DNA of 64,000 nucleotides from Mycobacterium sp. (GTDB lineage Bacteria; Actinomycetota; Actinomycetes; Mycobacteriales; Mycobacteriaceae), in NCBI GenBank assembly GCA_965229105.1, contig OZ245858.1; one strand, given 5' to 3'. The notes beneath the pieces are model-generated. The model was given only the letters and a program-made list of their open reading frames with translations, did not search any database and had not been told where the DNA came from. The translations under genes were made by a program, and so were the position numbers. Below, piece after piece: positions 41,190 through 50,236 of the stretch (position 1 is the first letter of the stretch; the number at the start of each line of letters is the position of its first letter).

Positions 41190-42713
41190 GTGTCTTCGCA
41201 ACAGATTTCACCCGAACTGAACGTGCGTGAGGCCGGCGACCCCAGCACGTCGGTCATGGCTGCGCTGCGATCGCCCTCGCGACTCAAGACCGAAGTGCTT
41301 GCGGGCCTCGTGGTCGCGCTCGCGCTCATCCCGGAAGCGATCTCGTTCTCCATCATCGCCGGGGTCGATCCCCGGGTCGGCCTCTTCGCGTCATTCACCA
41401 TGGCGGTGACCATTGCCGTCGTCGGTGGCCGGCCGGCGATGATTTCCGCCGCGACCGGCTCGGTCGCCCTGGTGATCGCCCCCCTGGTTCGCGAGCACGG
41501 CCTGGACTATCTGATCGCGACGGTGCTGCTGGCCGGCGCATTGCAGATCGTGCTCAGCCTGCTGGGAGTGGCCCGCCTGATGCGGTTCATCCCACGCAGC
41601 GTGATGGTCGGATTCGTCAACGCGCTGGCAATTTTGATCTTTCTATCGCAGCTGCCCTATCTGATCGGCGTGCCCGCACTGGTCTACCCGTTCGTCGCGG
41701 TCGGCCTGTTCATCATGGTGTTTTTACCTAAGCTGACCACCGCGATCCCCGCTCCGCTGATCGCCATCGTGATCCTCACCGCCGCCGTCCTTGCCTTCAA
41801 AGTGCACATCCCCAATGTCGGCGACGAAGGAGAACTGCCCACCAGCCTGCCCTCGCTACTACTGCCGCACGTGCCCGTCACCCTGAACACCTTGTCGATC
41901 ATTGCCCCCTACGCGTTGGCGGTGGCGTTGGTCGGGCTGTTGGAATCGTTGCTAACCGCCAAGCTGGTCGATGACATCACCGACACCCACAGCAACAAGA
42001 CCCGGGAGAGTTGGGGCCAGGGCGTCGCCAACATCGTCACCGGCCTGTTCGGCGGCATGGGTGGCTGCGCCATGATCGGTCAGACCATGATCAACGTGAA
42101 AGTCTCCGGTGCCCGGACGCGCATCTCGACGTTCCTTGCCGGTCTCTTTCTACTGGGACTCGTTGTGGGACTGGGTGATATCGTCGGCCTGATCCCAATG
42201 GCAGCTCTGGTCGCGGTGATGATCATGGTGTCGGTCGGAACGATGGACTGGCACAGCGTCTCGCCCTCCACCTTGCGTCGGATGCCGCGCAGCGAGACGC
42301 TGGTGATGATCGGCACGGTGGCGGTCACCGTCGCCAGCAACAACCTCGCCTACGGCGTCATCGTCGGCGCGCTCACCGCGATGGTGTTGTTTGCGCGCCG
42401 CGTCGCCCACCTGGTCACCGTGCAGAAGGTGGAGCAGACCGACGAAGGCACCGTCGTCTACCGGGTGACCGGCGAATTGTTCTTCGCGTCCAGTAATGAC
42501 CTGGTGTATCAGTTCAACTACACCGACGACCCGGCGAACATCGTCATCGACCTGTCTGCGTCGCATATCTGGGATGCCTCGACGGTCGCTGCGCTCGACG
42601 CGGTGACCACGAAGTATCACGCAAAGGGCAAGCACGTCGAGATCATCGGCCTCAACACCGACTCGGCTGATCGCCACGATCGACTCTCCGGGAAGCTCGG
42701 CGCCGAACAGTGA
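41190..42713 (+). CDS. SulP-family anion transporter with C-terminal STAS domain
   Basis: 507 aa; multi-[23 protein letters not shown]-terminal STAS ([17 protein letters not shown]). GTG start. Confidence 0.9.
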   Translation: MSSQQISPELNVREAGDPSTSVMAALRSPSRLKTEVLAGLVVALALIPEAISFSIIAGVDPRVGLFASFTMAVTIAVVGGRPAMISAATGSVALVIAPLVREHGLDYLIATVLLAGALQIVLSLLGVARLMRFIPRSVMVGFVNALAILIFLSQLPYLIGVPALVYPFVAVGLFIMVFLPKLTTAIPAPLIAIVILTAAVLAFKVHIPNVGDEGELPTSLPSLLLPHVPVTLNTLSIIAPYALAVALVGLLESLLTAKLVDDITDTHSNKTRESWGQGVANIVTGLFGGMGGCAMIGQTMINVKVSGARTRISTFLAGLFLLGLVVGLGDIVGLIPMAALVAVMIMVSVGTMDWHSVSPSTLRRMPRSETLVMIGTVAVTVASNNLAYGVIVGALTAMVLFARRVAHLVTVQKVEQTDEGTVVYRVTGELFFASSNDLVYQFNYTDDPANIVIDLSASHIWDASTVAALDAVTTKYHAKGKHVEIIGLNTDSADRHDRLSGKLGAEQ

Positions 42714-43132
42714 GCGACCAGCAAATGCAGATCGGACAGGTTGCCGCCCGCACCGAGTTGTCGATCACCACGGTGCGCCACTACGACGAGGTCGGACTGG
42801 TCACTCCCTCCGCCCGCTCGACCGGCGGCTTTCGCCTGTACACCGAAGCCGACATCGAACGGCTGCTGGTCATTCGGCGGATGAAACCCCTCGGGTTCAC
42901 GCTCGCCGAAATGAAAGACCTGCTCGACGCACTCGACGTCCTCGCCGACGACGATGCGGCCGAAGAACAGCGCACCACCGCAGCGGGCTATCTCCAGGAA
43001 TGCCGGTCAAAGGCAGGAGAGAGCGCCGTGAAGCTGAGGAAACAACTCGCCTACGCAGAGGAGTTGGGCGAGCTGCTCGAGGTCCGCGCCGCTACCCGAG
43101 CTCCCGCTGCGCCGCGAGAGGTGCCCCAGTGA
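42710..43132 (+). CDS. MerR-family transcriptional regulator
   Basis: MQIGQVAARTELSITTVRHYDEVGLVTPSARSTGGFRLYTEADIERLLVIRRMKPLGFTLAEM. GTG 42710 overlaps the SulP stop (GTGA); alternative ATG at 42725. Confidence 0.9.
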   Translation: MSDQQMQIGQVAARTELSITTVRHYDEVGLVTPSARSTGGFRLYTEADIERLLVIRRMKPLGFTLAEMKDLLDALDVLADDDAAEEQRTTAAGYLQECRSKAGESAVKLRKQLAYAEELGELLEVRAATRAPAAPREVPQ

Positions 43133-43164
43133 TGGTCGCCATCATCGAAGCAATGGCGACCATC
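43131..43164. terminator. Hairpin between convergent genes (putative bidirectional terminator)
   Basis: GATGGTCGCCAT-catcgaagca-ATGGCGACCATC, a perfect 12-bp stem. No U-tract. Confidence 0.4.
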
Positions 43165-43201
43165 GAGGCCAGCAATGACGCTGGTTTGGGTATCAGACCG
43201 G

Positions 43202-44215
43202 TCAGAGTCCGATCAGTTTCCAAGCCGCGCCACCGAACTTCGTCCCGACGAACTCGAAGTCTGTCCCGTCGAGCTTGAATTCGGCTCCGGTGGCTTCGTC
43301 GATGTAGCTATAGGCGGGCACGGTGAGCGTGATTGACCTCGCCGCGCCGAAAATCCCTACCGCTGGGATATGCAACTGCACAGCTGTTCCCGTTTCCGCG
43401 AGTTCGAACGGCACTGTCACCGTCTGATCGCCGAACAGAAAACCACTGATGAATTGCGGGGCAGCAGTGGTGAAGGCCAGCAGCGCCCCCACCACATCGT
43501 TGTTCTGCAGCGCGGTGATGAGCGCGTCGGCGGAGCCCGACGCGGATAGTCCACCGGCGAGGATCGCGCTTGCCGCACTTCCCAGTAATGCGGCCTGGGG
43601 CGATGTGACGACCGTCCCGCCGGTGAACGCGACCTCATTGCGCAGCGGGGTGGTGGTGAAGGTCTGCGCGCCGGCCACTGAGAACGCCAGCTCCCCCACC
43701 GGGGTGGACGCGTTCACATTGATGGACAGCGGACCGCTGGTGCCCACGTCCGGAGAGTTCACCGTCGTCACCACCGTGATGGGACCGAATGGCGTTTCGA
43801 CCGTCTGGGTGGACTCCTCGGTTTGAGCGGCGGTCACGCTGGCCGCAGCGAGGCGGCTCGCCCGGGCCGGGCTCGGCCGGGAAGCCGCCGCGGCGGGGCG
43901 CACAGAATCGTCGCTGACCGCCGCCAGCTTGACCGAGCGTGAACCCGCTTGGTTGACCGAGGCCGCCGCAGCGTTGGCCGGACCGCGCTTGGGTCCGGCC
44001 GATGTGGCGGAGTGTTGCTTGTTCGCCGAGGACGACGTCGTGCCGTGATCGCCAGTGTCGGCCTGGGCAACGCCCGAGGCGCCTGCAATGGCAGCACCCA
44101 CACCCACGGCAAGCGCACCCGCACCCAGCCAGGTCTTGACGCCCAGTGTGCGATGCGCTCCGCGCTCAGCAGGCCGAGTCGATCCCGATTTCTTATGTCC
44201 GTTAGTCATGTACAT
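43202..44215 (-). CDS. Secreted protein of unknown function
   Basis: Signal ..KTWLGAGALAVGVGAAIAGASGVAQA followed by a Ser/Thr/Ala linker (TTSSSANKQHSATSAGPK). The leader resembles those of the genes at 24831, 27886 and 3381. Confidence 0.6.
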   Translation of the reverse strand: MYMTNGHKKSGSTRPAERGAHRTLGVKTWLGAGALAVGVGAAIAGASGVAQADTGDHGTTSSSANKQHSATSAGPKRGPANAAAASVNQAGSRSVKLAAVSDDSVRPAAAASRPSPARASRLAAASVTAAQTEESTQTVETPFGPITVVTTVNSPDVGTSGPLSINVNASTPVGELAFSVAGAQTFTTTPLRNEVAFTGGTVVTSPQAALLGSAASAILAGGLSASGSADALITALQNNDVVGALLAFTTAAPQFISGFLFGDQTVTVPFELAETGTAVQLHIPAVGIFGAARSITLTVPAYSYIDEATGAEFKLDGTDFEFVGTKFGGAAWKLIGL

Positions 44216-44375
44216 CCCCCGTTAGCGTGAAGCGACCCCCGTAATTGGGCTGACCGCCCTCGACTTCCGGGTAATAGTCGCAATCGTAAATTACCAACAA
44301 ATTCCCAGTTCAGTGCGGCAATGCGGTGAATTGAGCGACGCGGGGGTGGCCGCGGAATCGATTCTGGGACGCAAG

Positions 44376-44408
44376 AAGCGGTGTCTTGATTGCGTCAAGA
44401 CACCGCTT
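44376..44408 (-). terminator. Hairpin immediately 3' of tRNA-Cys
   Basis: AAGCGGTGTCTTGA-ttgcg-TCAAGACACCGCTT, a perfect 14-bp stem with outer gcaag/cttgc pairing. Confidence 0.5.
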
Positions 44409-44428
44409 TCACCTTGCGTACACACGCG

Positions 44429-44499
44429 AGCGAGTGGCGGGATTCGAACCCGCGTGAACGGCTTTGCAGGCCGGTGCCTGACCACTCGGCCACACCCGC
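44429..44499 (-). tRNA. tRNA-Cys (anticodon GCA)
   Basis: Hand-folded 71-nt cloverleaf: acceptor GCGGGTG/CACTCGC (one G-U pair), anticodon loop CUGCAAA, T-arm GCGGG-TTCGAAT-CCCGC, discriminator U73 (a Cys identity element). CCA is not encoded. Confidence 0.85.
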
Positions 44500-44538
44500 G
44501 TTGTGTCTACGAGGATGCCAGCGCGGAACCATGCTGCC

Positions 44539-44568
44539 CAGGTTTTGAATCGTCCTGATCCAAGCAGC
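44539..44568. repeat. 30-bp direct repeat, left copy
   Basis: caggttttgaatcgtcctgatccaagcagc is identical to 46271..46300. Both copies are followed by (a)tcagtg and sit just 3' of a minus-strand gene. Confidence 0.95.
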
Positions 44569-44575
44569 ATCAGTG

Positions 44576-45832
44576 TTATTCGCCGCTGATGGCACCCAGC
44601 CCAGCGCAGCTCCGTTGAGCCAGTGGCGGTGCGCATGCGACGCGGTCGCGTCCGCTGCTTTTTGCCTGGTATATCGCCATGTCGGCCCACTGAATCGAGG
44701 CGGCAAGTTCTTCGTCGATGCACACTTGGGCGACTCCCATGCTCACCGTGCCCTTGAGGATGGTGCCGGTGACATCGAACCCGGTCTCACCGAATGCCAG
44801 GCGGAGTCGATCGGCGATATCGACAGCTTGTGATTGATTCACACCCGGGAGTAGCGCGCAGAACTCCTCACCCCCGATCCGTCCCAGGACGTCTTCGTGA
44901 CGCAGGTTGCTCTCCGCTATGGATGCGAAGCCCGCAAGAAGTAGATCGCCGGCGGCGTGCCCATGATGATCGTTGACGGCTTTGAATTCGTCGAGGTCCA
45001 TGACGATGACCGAACACGGTTGTGAAAGTTGCTCGCATGCATCCGCCACCCGCTTCGCTTCGACCAGAAATCCAGCCCGGTTCAATGTCCCGGTTAGGCC
45101 GTCCACCACCGCAGCGCGTGCCAGTTGGTTGCCCAGCCGCTCACGTCCCACCAGTAGGAGGCAGATATTGATCACCGTTGCCGTGATGAATAACGCCACC
45201 AGGGGTGTGGCAGCCGATGCCGAGTTCCCCATCAGATCGTATGTCCCGCTGTGCAGTTGGGCGCTGACGGACCGCCAGATCACAGAAATGGCCGCGACGA
45301 TGCATACGACAGCCATCACTCGCCTTATGGTCAGTCGTTCGGTGCGCTCGGCCCGAAGACAGTCCTTGGCAAGCAGCAGCAGATATGCGACGAGAACTAT
45401 CGACACCAGATGAATACGCATCACGATGTTGCTGGTAAAAGGCGGGATGAATAGGCACCCGATCACGGGTAACAGCGGACCGGCCACCACGATCGCCCAG
45501 GGAATCGGTTGACCGGCGAACTCCCGCATCCCCGCCCAGACCAGGCTGAAGCAAAGGGCAAGGAAGCCGTCCGCAGCAGCCTCCGATAAGACATAGGGCA
45601 GTACGCCCTGGGCACTCAACAGGCCGGCGCCCACCCCGGCGGCGAGATTTGCGCAACCCCACAGGACCATCGCTGTATCACGCCGTTTGCCATAGCCGAC
45701 CAAAACTTCGATCATCCCGAACAAGAACCCGGTGGTCGACAAAACCATCCACAAGGTCCGGACGTCAGCGATCATGCTTTCGTGACCATAGGTCGACGGG
45801 CCGTCCGGTCGCGGCAGCGGTACAGGCCGCAT
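44576..45832 (-). CDS. Membrane-anchored GGDEF diguanylate cyclase
   Basis: N-terminal multi-TM sensor region; GGEEF active site with an RxxD I-site (RHED) five residues upstream. The start codon is uncertain. Confidence 0.85.
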   Translation of the reverse strand: MRPVPLPRPDGPSTYGHESMIADVRTLWMVLSTTGFLFGMIEVLVGYGKRRDTAMVLWGCANLAAGVGAGLLSAQGVLPYVLSEAAADGFLALCFSLVWAGMREFAGQPIPWAIVVAGPLLPVIGCLFIPPFTSNIVMRIHLVSIVLVAYLLLLAKDCLRAERTERLTIRRVMAVVCIVAAISVIWRSVSAQLHSGTYDLMGNSASAATPLVALFITATVINICLLLVGRERLGNQLARAAVVDGLTGTLNRAGFLVEAKRVADACEQLSQPCSVIVMDLDEFKAVNDHHGHAAGDLLLAGFASIAESNLRHEDVLGRIGGEEFCALLPGVNQSQAVDIADRLRLAFGETGFDVTGTILKGTVSMGVAQVCIDEELAASIQWADMAIYQAKSSGRDRVACAPPLAQRSCAGLGAISGE

Positions 45833-45894
45833 TGAGCTGGCCCATAGATCAGCGTGTTATTCATCTGCCTCGCTAATCTTCCATCCCGTCGGAC

Positions 45895-46259
45895 GTGACC
45901 CTACCGTTGAATGACATGAAGTACGTCGGGGACATCACCTACCTGCCGTTGCCACCGGCGGGAACTTGTATTTGGCGACGGCGATCGACTGCTGTTCGCG
46001 GCGGGTGGCGGGTTGGGCGATCGCCGATCACATGCGCACCGAACTCGTTGAGAATACGCTCGAAGCCGCCGACGGCCTGCGGGGTGGTTTGACCTGCGCG
46101 GTGTTCCACTCGGATCACGGAAGCCGTTACAATTCAATGGATTTCGCTATTCGCGCGCCGCGATCTGAGTATCGCCCAGTCGATGGGTGCGGTGGGAATC
46201 GAGTACGGACAACGCGCTCGCCGAATCGTTCAATGCCCGCTACCGGCGCTGAATCTTAG
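45895..46259 (+). mobile_element. IS3-family transposase (OrfB, rve domain) remnant, 5'-truncated and frameshifted
   Basis: ..KYVGDITYLPL.. then, in a second frame, YLATAIDCCSRRVAGWAIADHMRTELV..AVFHSDHGSRYNS.., then a third frame with ..DNALAESFNA... No intact ORF and no inverted repeats seen. Confidence 0.7.
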
Positions 46260-46270
46260 TTGACCCTGCG

Positions 46271-46300
46271 CAGGTTTTGAATCGTCCTGATCCAAGCAGC
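46271..46300. repeat. 30-bp direct repeat, right copy
   Basis: Identical to 44539..44568. Confidence 0.95.
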
Positions 46301-47068
46301 TCAGTGGCAACTGCCGTCGGAAGGCACACCCGCGGCCACCCCGTCCTGCGGCCAACCGGCCGGCGCGTCCTCCCAGGCCTCCTGTCGGCCGTACGGCGTC
46401 AGATCCAGGAAGGGGTAGCCGACCGACGCGTGGTCCAGTCCGCGGGCGTAGGCGGAGTAGGTGTGGAAGACCTCGTCACCGCGGCGCAGGAAGACGCTGG
46501 CCCCTGGCATATCACCGCGTAACTCGTCGTCGGTGAAACCGGCGCTGTGCAGTTCGTCGAGCGAACGGTAGTTGTATTCGATCGGTGCCCGCGCAGGATC
46601 AAGGGTGACCTGGTAGTCGTAGGTGAAATCGCTGTCCCGCGACGAATACCAGGGGAACGTCCAACCGTGGCACTCCTTGTAGCGGGCGATGCTGGCATAG
46701 GGGGCACGAGATACGCAGGCGAGACTGAGATCCCTGGCGTGCAGCATGGCCAGCGTCTGCTCGTTGAACTGCAGATCGCCGGCGACAGTGCAGCTCGGGC
46801 AACCGGCATCGATGGCGTCGATCCACATGAAGTGATGGATGTAGAGCTGGCTGCGACCCTCGAACATGTCGATGAGCCGCACCAAACCGTCGGGACCTTC
46901 GAAGACGTAGTCCTTGTCCACCTTGACCATTGGTAGACGTTTCCGGTCGGCGTTGACGGCGTCACGCAGGTGGGTCACTTCGCGTTCACGGGCCAGCAGT
47001 TTCTTGCGGGCGGCCAACCAGTCTTCCCGGCTGGCAACAGTGGGATAGGCGGCAGAGTTCTCAGGCAT
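46301..47068 (-). CDS. DUF899 (thioredoxin-like) domain protein
   Basis: REDWLAARKKLLAREREVTHLRDAVNADRKRLPMVKVDKDYVFEGPDG..LYIHHFMW is typical DUF899. Confidence 0.8.
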   Translation of the reverse strand: MPENSAAYPTVASREDWLAARKKLLAREREVTHLRDAVNADRKRLPMVKVDKDYVFEGPDGLVRLIDMFEGRSQLYIHHFMWIDAIDAGCPSCTVAGDLQFNEQTLAMLHARDLSLACVSRAPYASIARYKECHGWTFPWYSSRDSDFTYDYQVTLDPARAPIEYNYRSLDELHSAGFTDDELRGDMPGASVFLRRGDEVFHTYSAYARGLDHASVGYPFLDLTPYGRQEAWEDAPAGWPQDGVAAGVPSDGSCH

Positions 47069-47154
47069 GGTGTGTCCTCACATCGGCGTTACTCAGACAG
47101 ACTGTGGTGCGTGTCAAAAGTCATCGCGAGCCCGATCCCGGTTAGCTTGTTGGA

Positions 47155-47880
47155 ATGGAGATCTGGCTTGCAGACCCGCCCCTGTTCGGTGGTGCTGGGC
47201 AGGGCACCCGCCAGATCATCGAGCTGTTTGTCGCGTTCGGCCTGACGGCACTGATCGGCCTGGAACGGGAGATCCAGGGCAAGAGTGCCGGCCTGCGTAC
47301 GCAGACAATCGTAGGTACTTCGGCCGCTCTTATCCTGTTGATCAGCAAGTACGGTTTCGCCGACGTCCTGGTCCCCGGCACGGTCATGGTGGATCCGTCC
47401 CGCGTTGCGGCCCAAATCGTCTCGGGCATCGGCTTTCTCGGCGCCGGGCTGATCATCACCCGTCGCGGCGCAGTGCACGGCCTGACCACGGCTGCGGCAA
47501 TCTGGGAGTGCGCTGCCATCGGGATGGCGGCCGGCGCGGGGCTACTGCTGCTGGCGGTCACGGTGACCGCGATGCACTTCCTGATCATTCTCGGATTTGC
47601 CCCGTTGGCGCGTCGACTGACCTCGCGCCTGAGCGGAACTGTCCGGCTGCATATCACCTATCAGGACGGCCACGGCGCGATGCACCAGATCCTGCAGATC
47701 TGCGACCGGCATCGCTGGCAGCTCGCCGAACTGTCGTCCGATGCACCGACATCTGAAGGAGACGGACAGGTCGGAGTGCTCCTGACCTTGAGTGGCACGT
47801 CAATTCTGCAGGCCCCAGGACTGTTGGCCGAAGTCGCCGGTGTGACGTCGCTTCGTCAGCTCGACGATGAACCCGAGTAG
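47155..47880 (+). CDS. mgtC: MgtC/SapB family protein
   Basis: FGLTALIGLEREIQGKSAGLRTQTIVGTSAALILLISKYGF plus a C-terminal ACT-like domain. Confidence 0.85.
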   Translation: MEIWLADPPLFGGAGQGTRQIIELFVAFGLTALIGLEREIQGKSAGLRTQTIVGTSAALILLISKYGFADVLVPGTVMVDPSRVAAQIVSGIGFLGAGLIITRRGAVHGLTTAAAIWECAAIGMAAGAGLLLLAVTVTAMHFLIILGFAPLARRLTSRLSGTVRLHITYQDGHGAMHQILQICDRHRWQLAELSSDAPTSEGDGQVGVLLTLSGTSILQAPGLLAEVAGVTSLRQLDDEPE

Positions 47881-47885
47881 CCAGA

Positions 47886-48755
47886 TCAGCGATGCTGTCC
47901 GTGCCGCGGGCCGAAGGCACCTGTCGGAAAAACGTTGCCAGCCTGGACCGCCGACTTCAGGGCTACGGCCATGCGGGTGAGTTCGGCGGCCTCGTCATCG
48001 GACAATGTGCGCCACGGCGCATAGGCCAGGTCATCGGTGCGGTCCTCCATGGCGGCGCGCAGCTCGAGCCCGGCCGGAGTCAGGCCCCCGTCCTGATCGA
48101 GCAGGCCCCGACGGCGCAGGACCTCCACGGCGTCGTCCCACTGCTCACGCGACCAGCCGCGTAACCGGCGCCCGAACTCAGGATCGAAGCCGATACCCGT
48201 AGCGGTGTGGGTGATCAGCGCTTCCACACCGGACAGTCCGTTCGCCACCAGTACAGCGATATGGCCGTCGCCGCGGTACTCGCGCAGCAACGTAATGGCA
48301 TGCCACACTTGCCCGTACGCTTCATCCGGCCAATCCAGTTCGGCGTGGCCGGCGTAGAGCGGTCGACCGTCGGCGGCCGGAATTGCCTCGGCAGTGCGCC
48401 GCAACAACACCGCCGCGCGCGCGAGCTCAGCGGACTGGGTGAGTTCCGGGCCGAGCAGTCGCGGCACGGCCTGCGCTACCACGTCGTAGCGGACCCGGGT
48501 GACGGCCTCGGGGGTGGCCACCTCCCACGCTGCAGGGATCATCGTGGCGATCAGCTCAGGGCTGAAGTTAAAGAAGGTGGCGGCAACGACTTTCGCGCCG
48601 ACGGCCCCCATAGGGGCGGACCTCGCGGCGAAATAGGCCATCCGGCCCGGCAGTCCCAGTGCCCCGAATCGCTCACCCGCCTCAGGGACGAAATAGCTGG
48701 CCGAATGCAGCGGGTCCAGGGATCGGCTCAACTGGCCGGCGGCGAATGCGTCCAC
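47886..48755 (-). CDS. Conserved hypothetical protein (SCO6745-like family, tentative)
   Basis: LDPLHSASYFVPEAGERFGALGLPGRMAYFAARSAPMGAVG..ATFFNFSPE. GTG 48755 lies 11 nt after the MFS gene stop; the listed ORF runs to 48854. Confidence 0.45.
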   Translation of the reverse strand: MDAFAAGQLSRSLDPLHSASYFVPEAGERFGALGLPGRMAYFAARSAPMGAVGAKVVAATFFNFSPELIATMIPAAWEVATPEAVTRVRYDVVAQAVPRLLGPELTQSAELARAAVLLRRTAEAIPAADGRPLYAGHAELDWPDEAYGQVWHAITLLREYRGDGHIAVLVANGLSGVEALITHTATGIGFDPEFGRRLRGWSREQWDDAVEVLRRRGLLDQDGGLTPAGLELRAAMEDRTDDLAYAPWRTLSDDEAAELTRMAVALKSAVQAGNVFPTGAFGPRHGQHR

Positions 48756-48766
48756 GGCTATCGACC

Positions 48767-50203
48767 CTAACCTGCGGCATCCCGGCCGCGGCCGGCGCGA
48801 TAGGAGGCGATGCAGCCGAGCGCCGCCAGCACGGCAAAGATGCCGAACAGCCAACGCGGTGCGGTCACGTCGCCCCTGTCGGTCATGTTCACGATGACAC
48901 CGGCAAGACCGGCACCGAACGCACCGCAGATCAGTTGCACGGTGCTGATGGCCGCGGCGGCGGTGCCACCCTCAGCCGGATCGTCCACGCCGCCCATCGC
49001 CCATGCCGACAGGTGTGGCCATGCCATGCCCACCCCGGTCCCGGCGATCACCAGCGCAACCGCCCAGACGATGATGGCGCCCAGCGGCGCGTGATTGAAC
49101 TGACTCAGCGCTGCCAAGCCGAGTCCGACGGCCATCACCAGCGGCGCGACCGCGACCACCCGAACGGTCAGCGCGGTCTTCTTGATCGAGGCACTGACCA
49201 ACTCCCCCGTCGTCCATCCGATGGAGATGGTGACGCCGAGGAACCCGGCCACGACCGGTTGCAGATGGGCGAGGCGTTGACCGAAGAGCGGCACATACAT
49301 ATCGGCCATCGTCGCGGCCATCAACAGCCCCAGTGTCACGTACATCCATTTCAGCGGGCCGGGGCGAAAAGCCGTGGCCGGCAACACCGATACAGTGGCG
49401 CGCCGGTCGACCACCAGGAACACCAAAACCAGCAGCACACCAAGGATCAGCAGGCAGGCGGTGATCGCCGGGTTGCGCGGAATGCCGGCCACCGATACGG
49501 CGAACGCCGCAGAACCCAACAGCAGTAGTGACCAGACGGGGATACGCAGTCCGGTCCCGATGGCTGCGGCGGCTTCTTCGGCGCTACGTCCGGGCAGCGC
49601 GATCGGAACCAGCGCCGTCATCGCCACCGTCAGGATCGCCAAAGCGCCGAACGCCCAACGCCACGAACCGAACTGGGCGAACAGACCACCGGTCGCGGGA
49701 CCGACGAGAATGCCCACCCCCCACATCGCCGAGACCAGCGCCGAACCTTTGATCCACAGTGATGGCGGCAGCGCGGCGTTGATCACCGCATACCCCAGTC
49801 CGGCGACCAGGCCGCCGGCACCGCCCTGTACGGTTCTGCCGACCAACAGGATCTCCATGCTGGGCGCGATCGCGCACACGACCGAGCCCGCGACGAGCAC
49901 GCTCAGTGCCACCAGATACGACCACCGCGGACCGAGCCGAACGAGGATCGGGTTGACCATGGTGGCGGTGACCACCGACGCCACCAGGTACACCGTCGTC
50001 ACCCACGCATAGAGGCGTTGACCGCCGATCTCGGACACCGCGCTGGGCAGCAAGCTGACGGTGAGGAACTCGTTGGTGGAATACAGTGCGACGCCGCCGG
50101 CCAGAACAGTGGAGGCGCCAAGGTGCTTCGGACCGAGAAGCGCCCGCCAACTGGCGGTCTCGGTAGCAGCGGTCTCGGTCACCGCACTACCGTACGAGCT
50201 CAA
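48767..50203 (-). CDS. MFS transporter (14-TM drug:H+ antiporter-like)
   Basis: 478 aa, highly hydrophobic. Position matches the Rv1634 efflux protein next to uvrB. Confidence 0.85.
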   Translation of the reverse strand: MSSYGSAVTETAATETASWRALLGPKHLGASTVLAGGVALYSTNEFLTVSLLPSAVSEIGGQRLYAWVTTVYLVASVVTATMVNPILVRLGPRWSYLVALSVLVAGSVVCAIAPSMEILLVGRTVQGGAGGLVAGLGYAVINAALPPSLWIKGSALVSAMWGVGILVGPATGGLFAQFGSWRWAFGALAILTVAMTALVPIALPGRSAEEAAAAIGTGLRIPVWSLLLLGSAAFAVSVAGIPRNPAITACLLILGVLLVLVFLVVDRRATVSVLPATAFRPGPLKWMYVTLGLLMAATMADMYVPLFGQRLAHLQPVVAGFLGVTISIGWTTGELVSASIKKTALTVRVVAVAPLVMAVGLGLAALSQFNHAPLGAIIVWAVALVIAGTGVGMAWPHLSAWAMGGVDDPAEGGTAAAAISTVQLICGAFGAGLAGVIVNMTDRGDVTAPRWLFGIFAVLAALGCIASYRAGRGRDAAG

Positions 50204-50236
50204 CCGTGGTTGAGATCAACTGCGTTTCACTTGGGG

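Noticed and set aside
47069-47154. Possible Mg2+ (M-box) riboswitch upstream of mgtC
   Set aside because: The intergenic region is only 86 bp, too short for an M-box aptamer plus expression platform, and no conserved M-box segments were recognised.
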